Positions 1 to 11,900 of a DNA stretch of 64,000 nt are shown one piece after another. Below the pieces are notes generated by a model that saw only the letters and a list, made by a program, of their open reading frames with translations, was not told the origin of the DNA and did not search any database. Each line of letters opens with the position of its first letter. Positions within the stretch are counted from its first letter, which is position 1. Source of the stretch: Perkinsus chesapeaki ATCC PRA-425 (lineage: Eukaryota > Protista > Perkinsozoa); contig JAAPAO010000124.1 in NCBI GenBank assembly GCA_013115145.1, positions 4,271-68,270 on the forward strand. Direction: 5' to 3'. Made by a program: the position numbers and the translations under genes.

Positions 1-88
1 AAAGCCAGAACAACAGACAATGGGATAACCCACTAGCCAATGATACCTATCTGGCTAGTGAGATACAATAATATAATCAACTAGTAGG

Positions 89-478
89 TCACTCGGAAGT
101 GGGTGCTGAGGTAGTAGGTGCTCCAGTCGGTGAAGATGTCGTGCCGCTGCATGTGCAAGGCTCGTCAGATCCTTGGCACACACCGCCGGCTCCTGGCTTG
201 TATGCAGCCTTGCAGTACGAGCCCATATCCCCAGTCTGCTTCTGGCAGTAAGCGTCTCCAGAAGCACATCCGCCACCAGTAGGGGTTGGCGGGGCAGTTG
301 TGACACATGAGCATGGGGTATCGGTATACTGGCAGACCCCTTCAGTTTGCCCTCCGTAGGCCTTGCAATATGACCCTACTTGCTCAGCAGCACATTGGGC
401 ATCGCCTGTGGGGCAATCAGTTCCAGACACAACCTCAGATAGGGCTAAGATGGTGAGTGACAGAATGGTGCAACGCAT
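89..478 (-). CDS. Small secreted Cys-rich protein with two copies of a C-x-GDAxC...SYCK...VCQ...PCxC module and a short Thr/Pro/Ser tail
   Basis: ORF track 129 aa; hydrophobic N-terminus MRCTILSLTILALSEVVSG; two internally similar Cys modules; clear paralogue at 2255-2992. Confidence 0.8.
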   Translation of the reverse strand: MRCTILSLTILALSEVVSGTDCPTGDAQCAAEQVGSYCKAYGGQTEGVCQYTDTPCSCVTTAPPTPTGGGCASGDAYCQKQTGDMGSYCKAAYKPGAGGVCQGSDEPCTCSGTTSSPTGAPTTSAPTSE

Positions 479-1099
479 TTAGGAGGGTGAACGGTTAAAC
501 AACTGACTAAATCAACATAAGCGGGAATCGATGAATGAAACCCAGGTTTCATCGCCGAGCCGCAGCTTTTCCGCTGCAAGGCGCGGCTGAGCACGCATGC
601 TCATTTTCCCCCTCGGTTTTTGTCCCTTTAAGTATAGATGATCCGGTCATAGTGCGCCGGGATAACTTGCACTATATCCTTGGTATGATGAACTAAAGCC
701 TTTCCAGGCTCGACAATGACAGTGAATCCTCAATGAACATCGTAAATGAGCACTCTGGAAGGGGATCTGCCAACCAGCAAACGGTCACCGAGCGCGACGT
801 GACTCCGTGATCTGTCGCTCCCGTTAACTGAAGGGCGACCCTTGGTCGTAGTCGGGCGTATGTCCTTCGCATTCTTTCGGAAAGATGATAAAAGCTTAGC
901 ATTTGTGAGCTAGCTCCAGAAGCGGCATTATCCTTAGGGCTAGTTTAGTCTCTCTGGCCAGCAGAAGGGCGGGACCGTCTTGGCGGTCACCGAAATTTGG
1001 TGACCGAGTGCACTACGATGCGGGGGTTGGTAGATTTAGGAGGGGTGCAGCATGCTGAAGATAATTGCAAACCACTGACTTAACACGAAGAATCGCAGG

Positions 1100-2200
1100 C
1101 TAAGTCCGATGTGGCGCCCTGTATGATATACCAGTCAAGAATACAGAATAACAGATGTGATCCAATGGGAAGTTTGCAAAGTTATGCGTTGCTATTCTCC
1201 GACGCCGCCTCCGCTGGAGGATGTAGGACCCAAATTGTGGGTGGTCAGTCATACGACGGCCAGACAACCCGTAAACCCGAGAGCATATACAGTTGCGGCT
1301 GAGGCGGCCTTCGAGGTGTCGTGAACGGCTAGAGGGAATTACAACCCGATTGTCGATTCGTATTCAAGCGGCTCGGGTAAAGCCTGAATATTTCATATTT
1401 TCGCCCGAGGGCCTCAATTCGAGTTGTTCAGTTTTCACCAAATACTAAACAGTTTTCCGCACACTTTAAATCCAGGATACCGCTACACCTAGCGAAGCGT
1501 CTATCTCCGTAAGTATGATCCACTGGGGTCGTTCGGGAATGGTGGAATGGTGTGGCAGGTTGCTAACGTCACGCCTCAGGGGCTTTCCGGTCTGTCCAAA
1601 TTAAAGTTCTAGGATTCCTAAGTCGATCCTAATTGGGGTCTTGTGATCCCGGTCATCACATCCTAGGTTCACCCTAGAGAATCCAGTGGTTCCTTAACTA
1701 GGAACCACTGGCTTCTCGCGGCGACTCCATTAGCGTCCTAGGTATCTTTGCCGGCATAATTATTGGGCTGATCGGAGACTAGCAACCTTCTAGCAGTCCT
1801 TGGCAAGGTCGCAAATTGCTGTGAGAAACTCCACTTCAAACACTTGCGGATTGCGGGATGGGGGTATCAAATAGCCTTACTGAGCTTATTTTGGGAAGCC
1901 CACCTGGATGTGGCTGCGTGGCAAGACTGAATACTTCGAGTCCTAGAGATGAAGCTTGTTGTGTCGCACCTTGCGAGCCGTTGTGTTTTGGTAATTGTAC
2001 ACGGGCCCTTGGATGCGTAAGTGAATTCTGCTAGGAGGAGTCGAAAAATTATTAACACAACACCGCAAGTATAAGAACGAGATGAGTTATGAACTCGAAA
2101 AGTGGCGGGAACCTTCGTAAGAATGGCGCTATGGTTCACTCGTTCGTATCGTGCAGCACAAGTCGAGCTGACTCCAAAAGTTCCTAGTACGGTCAAATGT
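1100..2200 (+). mobile_element. Probable highly decayed Ty3/Gypsy-type RT-RNase H remnant
   Basis: Hand translation across stops and frameshifts gives weak RT-like peptides in the expected order: CYSPTPPPLEDVGPKLWVV, YFIFSPEGLNSSCSVFTK (cf. YxFxxxPxGLxxSxxxF), IKVLGF, NSLTELILGSPP, ALGCV. No intact YxDD. Weak similarity only. Confidence 0.35.
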
Positions 2201-2254
2201 AAACGCCTGAGACCACAGCTTCTACAAATAGTTTACTCCCTACCGCGACCTAGT

Positions 2255-2992
2255 CTAGTGGCTCGACAACAGCTCTGGAGTAGTCGGTTCCGAAGTAGTC
2301 GGTTCTGAAGTAGTCGGCTCCGAAGTAGTAGGTTCCGAAGTAGTAGGTTCCGAAGTAGTCGGCTCCGAAGTAGTCGGCTCCGAAGTAGTAGGTTCCGAAG
2401 TAGTCGGCTCCGAAGTAGTAGGTTCCGAAGTAGTCGGCTCGAAAGTAGTAGGTTCCGAAGTAGTAGGTTCCGAAGTAGTCGGCTCCGAAGTAGTAGGTTC
2501 CGAAGTAGTCGGCTCCGAAGTAGTCGGCTCCGAAGTAGTCGGCTCCGAAGTAGTAGGTTCCGAAGTAGTAGGTTCCGGAGTAGTCGGCTCCGAAGTAGTA
2601 GGTTCTGAAGTAGTCGGCTCCGAAGTAGTCGGCTCCGAAGTAGTAGGTTCTGGCGGACAGCCGCATGTGCACGGCTGAGTCGTTCCTTGGCATACACCGC
2701 CGGGTCCAGGTCTGTATGCGGCCTTGCAGTACGAGCCCATATCACGAGTTAGCTCTTGGCAGTAAGCGTCTCCATCAGGGCATGCGCCACCAGTAGGGGT
2801 TGGCGGAGGAGTAGGCGCACATGAGCATGGGGTATCGGTATACTGGCAGACCCCTTCAGTTTGTCCTCCGTAGGCCTTGCAGTATGACCCCTTGTGCTCA
2901 GCTTCACATTTAGCATCACCAGCGGGGCAAGTGCTTCCGGAGACAAGCTCAGCCAAGGCGAAAAAGTAAAAAGGGAGGACGGTATAACGCAT
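2255..2992 (-). CDS. Secreted Cys-rich protein (two modules) with a mucin-like (S/P)EPTT stalk
   Basis: ORF track 245 aa; signal-like MRYTVLPFYFFALAELVSG; shares SYCKAYGGQTEGVCQYTDTPCSC exactly with 89-478; long EPTTS repeat. Confidence 0.85.
   Translation of the reverse strand: MRYTVLPFYFFALAELVSGSTCPAGDAKCEAEHKGSYCKAYGGQTEGVCQYTDTPCSCAPTPPPTPTGGACPDGDAYCQELTRDMGSYCKAAYRPGPGGVCQGTTQPCTCGCPPEPTTSEPTTSEPTTSEPTTSEPTTPEPTTSEPTTSEPTTSEPTTSEPTTSEPTTSEPTTSEPTTSEPTTFEPTTSEPTTSEPTTSEPTTSEPTTSEPTTSEPTTSEPTTSEPTTSEPTTSEPTTPELLSSH
2278..2652 (-). repeat. Coding 15-bp tandem repeat (~25 units) encoding (S/P/F)EPTT
   Basis: Two main unit variants on +, gaagtagtcggctcc and gaagtagtaggttcc, interleaved. 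Confidence 0.95.
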
Positions 2993-3059
2993 TGTTATTT
3001 AGAGGTTCAACGGATGTCTGAAAGTCAGTCTCATCAGCTAATCGGTCTCGAAGCTTAGC

Positions 3060-3850
3060 TCAAAGCCGATTGCGTGCCTTGAAGTCGCGTCGTCGACATG
3101 AACTGTTGAAGGCCTTATACCCGTCATGTCGCAGCCCAGGACCGCGGCTAACAATACAACCGATTCGATCAACTATCACGAAGACAGTGAACTCTGTGAA
3201 ACTGCAGGCAGTACACTCCTTTCCGGCAATGGCATACCACAATCTTGTTGTGCGTTGGGGGACTGTGCGAGTCATCTGTTGTGTTACTCCTCCGCACACT
3301 GTCTGACATATACGTCCTGGAATAACAAAGTGTGAGGGTAACTAACGCTAATGACTTATATTCGTAGAAAGAGCATCATCATCGTATAATGCGTATCATC
3401 TAGAAGAGATAACCGGTATTAACGGATCAAGGCGGGGACATACTGCAGCGCCGCGCCGTGCGATCACTTCATATCCAGTACGTATTACACTCACATTGGC
3501 AAAACTGAGTTTCTTTGACCTTGAGAGCATGAGATTGCCGTCAAACGCAAATTGAAGCGTTTCATATGCACTAGTGATTGGAGCGTAATTCAAAGCAACT
3601 GAGTGCTTTAACGTAACAAATGCTGAGGCTCTATTGGAGGTGAAACTGTCGTATTAGAAGACAACACAATGCTACCGTACGCAACCGCAACACCTGTGCT
3701 ACCAGCGCCACACAGACCTGCGCTGCCACCACTTGTGCTCATTCGCATTAATCGAATATAGACCCACCAGGCTGATACTTTGCCAAACCTAATAAGGGTT
3801 CATCGCTGGTACTATATGAGCTTGTATATCTGTAGATTCCTTCGGTCATG
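3060..3850 (-). CDS. Hypothetical multi-exon protein (boundaries uncertain)
   Basis: ORF pieces 3396-3593 and 3060-3299 with protein-like composition and flanking GT/AG sites; no recognisable motif. Confidence 0.3.
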
Positions 3851-4195
3851 GCATTTTCGAGTTAATGTTTTCCCCCATTTTGAATACCGTCCGCGAGTCT
3901 GTGCGTTTCGCCATCCCCCAGAGGGAACTCTTTCCGCACCACTCCTCCCCAAACCGAGCCGAGACCTCGGGTGGGCTTCTAGTGGGGCCCTTAGGATTTG
4001 GATCAGGATGCGCTCATCACTCTCTCAGTCTCATTGCATGCATTGTTGAGCTCTGCACCGTCCCTTAGTTTATTTAGTTGTGCCTTCAACAATCCCTGTC
4101 TCCCAGACCCACATTCAGAGGTTTCATCATGTCTGTCATTGAATTGAATATACTTAGTGTATTCGACGCAAAACGATGAAGTTGAGTTGAAGCGT

Positions 4196-5457
4196 TTATA
4201 GCTCATGGCCGTGATCGTCAGATTTTCCATCTTGACCGCCACTGCAGATGTCACTGAGGTCATCCGCCCATTCCTCGCGGGTCTCTGAAATCCCATCCTA
4301 GTTCCTTGCCACTAGGGAATCTTACTTCTCCCAGTATATCCTTCTGAGGCTAGTCCTCGTTGAGTTGCCATTTCTTTCACAAATTGTAACAGAGTAACAG
4401 TCTCTGCCTTAGCCTTTGATGGGACAGTCTTCGTTGTTTTTCTCCTTTCAAGTGGAGAAGGTGTACCACTACACTGCGCTGAACATAACCATTCGACCGT
4501 AGAGCCCTTCGATTCTCGCCATTTCCTCAACAGCGCATACTCCCCGATATCCTCTGCAAGGCAACTTTTCGTGGTATAGCAAACTTGTCGTCACCTATCA
4601 GTTGTCGACAAATCGATGACATTCTCCTTGCCCATTGTTGACCACCCATATGTATCGATCCGCTGCCACCGCCGCCGTTGGCGTTCCCATCGCCACCTTG
4701 CGTGTCTGGTGGATTGACCCCTGGGCCGGATAGCACGTTCATACCGTTCCTCTGAAGAGCAGAGTTTTCAGAAAAGCTTGTCGAGTTGAAAAAACCAGTA
4801 GTTTTTCGGCGAAATCGAAAATACGCAATCACAAGTGAGCCTACATTGCGAAGACCAAAGCCTTCAAAGGTCCGCTCTTCACACATGGTGTCCAACTTAT
4901 CTATCAGCTCATGCTCGGGTAGTGTTCTTGCCTGAATGATGAACAGCATCCAAGCAGTGTTAGTCTGTAACGACTGCTCCTGCAATAAGGCTAGCGCTGA
5001 CGAGTGACGGTCAAATGATATACCGGAGAGAACGACGAGGAGATTATTCTAATACGAATTGATGTATCGTAGGGAGGTATCGTTATCTTCTAAAAGTACA
5101 AGATAGTCAAAGGTTGTTCATACTTCCAAAATGTATTATACTTTTGGATAAAAAGGTATGCTGGACGGGACATCCCAAGGTTGTTCACCAGTATCCTTTT
5201 TGAATCTTTCTCGAATTCATTATTGATTTGATATCCTATTCCTTTGCATGCATCACATCGGTATTGGTTTGGCATTGTGAGCGAATGCATATCCTGTCAC
5301 CATGAGCACGAGTATCGACCTTCATCAACCAGCCTTTCAGCCTGACCTCTTGACTCAAATTGGGTGCCTCAAGTTTGATCTGTTGAACCACCTTGCTACC
5401 GGTTGCCACAGTTATACAGATTATAATAGATATCATCCCAATGCGAGCTGTGACCAT
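4196..5457 (-). CDS. MZB1/Canopy-like saposin-fold ER protein
   Basis: Hand-spliced: signal MVTARIGMISIIICITVATG; APNLSQE|DMHSLTMPNQYRCDACKGIGYQI (cf. MZB1 APQLDDEEMYSAHMPAHLRCDACRAVAYQM); LIDKLDTMCEERTFEGFGLRNV...LSGPGV; GGQQWARRMSSICRQLI; WLCSAQC; a plausible last exon ends DHGHEL* (ER-retention-like). Confidence 0.7.
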
Positions 5458-5532
5458 TCGGTTGTGTTGCTAATACAAGCTGCTGCTAAGTGAAGGTGGT
5501 AACAACTCAAGGCTGTTAGTGCCAGGAACGTA

Positions 5533-6356
5533 TTATTTATCAATGTAATTGCCGCAGGCATCAACCTCTCGGGTATCTTCTTCATATTCGTCATCCTCAT
5601 CACTAGAAGAATCGCTCGGTGGCATCATCCTCTGTTTCCGATGAGCCGCTTCCTCCTCAAGTCCCCGTAGGAACTCCTTCTCAGCTTCCTCGACTTCATT
5701 GGAGTTCTTGCACTGAGCGTAAAGGTCGAGCACATCTCTATTAAGTTCAAAGAACTCTTCACCCCATCCGAAACTGCCATTTAAAGTATCCTCGGCAAAC
5801 TGCTTGTAACCAGTAATATAGGCTGCTGCACAAAGTGCCTCAGCCGTGCACAGTTTTCCTCGTTTCCCAAAATTGATAGGATTTGCAGCGACTAACGTCA
5901 TCGGAAGAAGTCTATAATTATGCGGAGGGACCTTCATTCGCCTAAGATGCACAACATAGACCGATAAACAGTAGTGGCTGCTGCTTACCTTGGTATCTCA
6001 TCAAGCCTGTTCCACGAACAGTTGATAGCACCAATACCATTCTTGGCGACTATCTCTCTGTCACCACCGGAGCAGTACGCCTTCCCCTCGGCCGACAATA
6101 AAATGCCCTACGATAATAAATAGCAATACACCTTTCAATTGGTAGTAGTTTGTACTACTTGAAATGGTACGTGTGGCTTCAAAGCTTTCGCTGCGCCCCT
6201 TTTCACCAACCGCATCCCCGTGTCCTTTTTAGGGTCATTCTGGTGGAATTCAAACATGACCAGTCGAGGATTCTTTTGCTGCTCTCGAACCTGAGGTGCC
6301 TCCGACGAAGTCGCCGAGGAGGAGAATTCATCAGATGGCCCCACCGGCGGCGGCAT
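5533..6356 (-). CDS. TSR3: 18S rRNA aminocarboxypropyltransferase Tsr3
   Basis: 3 exons: MFEFHQNDPKKDTGMRL; GIGAINCSWNRL; RLLPMTLVAANPINFGKRGKLCTAEALCAAAYI...FGWGEEFFELN; acidic tail. Confidence 0.95.
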
Positions 6357-6710
6357 TGAGATGAGTAAGCAGAAGTGTGTCTTATTGGCAGTCCAGAACT
6401 ATGCAACGCAATTCATTCAGTAAATAACAGTAATCGGGATTAACGACCACCTTCCATAGCAGCATAATTCTTCCTCTAGCAATATGATAATGATAACCAC
6501 TAACAAGGCAAAGGCACAGTAAGGCTCCGGTATAGGAGATATATTGTGGTTGAGGAGGAGGACGCCATCATCATCAAGACATCATTATTGAACCTTCATA
6601 TTATTATTATTAGTAAAAAACGATACGATTCGGTGAGTGAGACAGCGGACAACAGCTTCTATCTAAAAATGCTACTTCTTCTTCTTCATCATATATACCA
6701 TCATCCCTCC

Positions 6711-8897
<2,187 letters not shown>

Positions 8898-8958
8898 TCT
8901 AATCGATTTATATTAACCACCCACCCCCATCCCTCGTGCTGTTGTCATCAGCAGAAGA

Positions 8959-11900
8959 ATGGTTAATAGTCTGAAGACTCCAAGGCCAGCGGATACCTAT
9001 AAGCCTTGCCCACCTGATTATCATACTTTAGCTGGTCCCTCTAATACAAGCACGGTACTTAGGAGGGATATCTTTAGGATACTTTGAAACTCGTTTGTTG
9101 TAAAAAACGACCTTTAATTTTCGGAAGTTTAAGCTTCTACCAGCACCGCATTGCTTTATTTAGTCAACCAAAGGCCGACGATCAGTGCGAGTTTTGGCTA
9201 TTCACGAAGGGCAACCTCTGAACTCAAGCGAAAGGCTTAATCTCTGTGGAGTAAGCATGGCCGATACGGTGGTTCCAGTTCACCGCCTCCTATGCAGATA
9301 AACTGCCCGGATGATATAACCTTTCGAGCTGGTACATGGGATGTAGGCCAAGAAGTTACCGTCATGCTACCAATACGAAACGATTGGCTGGTCCCTGCAA
9401 CAATCAAGTGCGTTGCATTACTTCTTGCGGGGTGTCGCAATGCCGTTCGAGGTACACTTTGCCCAAATCTAAGCTGCTTTCCTTGCCATATCCACAACCT
9501 ATAAAGATACCTCCGGGGTTGACCGAAAAGATACCAGTCACTTTCCGGTATATGAACAAACCATTCTGGAACGGAGCGTGAGTGTCCGCATTTTTGCAGC
9601 CCCACGGTGTATGAGCCGCTGCTGGACGAGATAGTTGTACACGTTAAAACGCCAGCAGTGGCAGACACTCCACCAGCATTTATAATGTGAAAGATATTTT
9701 TGAGGTCAAGTGAAACTCGTCTGTCCAGATCGATACGCGCTGAGGTTAAGTCCTTATCGGTGAGCCACAAGTTGCCGAGTTCCAGCATTGATTTCGGCAT
9801 TGTCCCGGCTGGTGAGACCAACAGTAAAACGATCAAGCTATACAATACTGGTGTGTGCTACATGTGGCGTGCATATCGCTCCTTCGTTATCTTGTAGTTG
9901 ATTCAGGGACGCGGGAAGCTAAGATATCCTGGAGGACAACTACACCATTTTCAATAGACCCTTTACAGAGCCCAGAAAGCATTCCCGTTGGCGGGTTCGC
10001 TGAGTACAGTCTTATGGTCGACCCTGATAGAGGCCAAACCATCGATGGTCTGGTGGTAGCTGTTGCCAGTGCCGGGGTAAGAAAAAGCCTCTACCAGGAA
10101 TCGAACCTGCGACCATTTAGCCAACTATGGAGGACTACACCGAGCTGGGAATAGACAATAAAAACAATTACCATATGACCAGTGAAACGCAGGAGATTCC
10201 CTTTAGGGTTCGAACAGTCGGTCGTGATATCCTCTATGAACGGTTAGTTCAGGTTGCAGCCATCGCTAAGGTACCGCATCTCATTTTCACAGCGGTGAAG
10301 GAGGACAGCGACGGTCCGACAATAACTGTCACTGAAGGGGGCGATGCTTCAGTGGACTTCGGTGAGGTTATTGTTGTGGCTGTTGGAGTGGGAACATGTT
10401 GGGCAACAGGATCCTGCCTGCCCGACACGCTCCATTCAGCAAGGGTGATGGTAACAAATGCTATCGCTGTTCGAACCGCCTTCATTGTTAAACCCAAACA
10501 CGCTGCGGTAATGTCTTCGACTATCCTACTGTAATGTATAGTTGCTCAGGGCTCAAGTCCGTTTGAAGTTCGTCTTGAAGAAGGCGGCGGTATAGTTGAT
10601 GTCGTTCATCCGTGTCCGATAGACCCGTCGGGTTCTGTCTCAATTGTGGTGTCCTACAAGTCCTCTACAATTCTCGAGACCGTCTCCGCGGCTTTTGAGA
10701 TCTCCACTGTGGGGCTAATCAAGAACATCCTCAATCTCACAGCATCGGCGAAGTGCGAAACCATCCCCGTGAAACTTAACGCTGAAAGCCTGTCGTTGGG
10801 CGAAATTGAAGTCGGTAAATCTTCGAGCAGAATATTTACTATAACAAACGAGAGCCCGGTAGCAACTCGGTACCAGGTCATCCTCAATGACTGCAGCGAC
10901 ATGGGTAACTCCGTAGAGTACTCAGTGTTCAAAATAGACCACGCTAGAGGGGTTCTCGAGGCAAATTCAACGGCCACTGTCATGGTGACCGCGCGCCCTA
11001 AAATGCCTATAAATTATTATAAACGTTTGTGGGTGGTGGTGAGGTATGTAGCAAAGCCGCTGCATGTCGACTGCATCGTCAACGGGTTCGACGGAATTGA
11101 GCATCCGATGAAGCTCACCTTCGCGCACGTGAAACTATGGCGTGCCATCACTGCGACAGGCGAGGTGTTCCCTGTCACCGATGAGATGCCTGCATTGCCG
11201 CCTACTATTGGGCTTGATAACGACTCGGTCGTGGCTGATCTCTGGAGTGAGTTTGCGGCACCTGCGCGACAACTCTCTGAATCATCGATTGTATTTGGTG
11301 GATGTCTGCCACATAACAACAGCGTACACAGAAGAACAGTCACTGTTAGAAATGGAAGTCCAGGAAAAATCACTGTCTCTTGGCCAACTGCTGGCTTGGC
11401 TGCGGCCACTAAGCCAGCTTTCATTATAAGGCCAGAGATTTGTGAGATTGGCGGCGATGACAGCCAAGAGTTCACCATAGAGTACCGCCCTGCAGAGGAT
11501 TACCGATACAGTGTAGCAACGTTAGACTGTGTAATGGTACCAAAAGAGAATAGGTCAGCAACCCTAGACCTGTAGCTAGTAAATGCTATGGCTCTTAGGA
11601 GCTATCGTATCGGCGACGCTGCAATGCTTGTGCCGACACACACGTCTGTTCTCACTGTCACGGCGCATACGTGGCCTGCAGGCGCCGGAGGTCAACCTAA
11701 AGTGACGGTCAACTCCGACACAGCACAGCACACTATAGTCAAATTCCGTACGATTACAGTAGGAGAGACGGATGCCCAGGTGGGTGCGCAGCTGCATCCA
11801 GTGAGCATGCTGAACAGTAGTAGGTTGTCGCGCTATATAATTGGAGCGGCTTTGTTGTCGGTTACAATGCACGATGGGTGCCAGAGACCACAGTGTTGAC

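Noticed and set aside
2251-2262. A-box-like TAGTCTAGTGG on +
   Set aside because: No B-box or cloverleaf downstream; overlaps the end of the minus-strand ORF.
2278-2652. Repeat array as a CRISPR-like locus
   Set aside because: Head-to-tail units without unique spacers, in a eukaryotic coding context.
2233-2745. Alternative-frame ORFs (LLRSR and YFGAD repeats) over the 15-bp array
   Set aside because: These follow automatically from a stop-free 15-mer repeat; only the EPTT frame connects to a signal peptide and Cys modules.
10205-10216. GGGTTCGAAC B-box-like motif
   Set aside because: Lies in CFAP65 coding sequence (RVRT) with no tRNA context.
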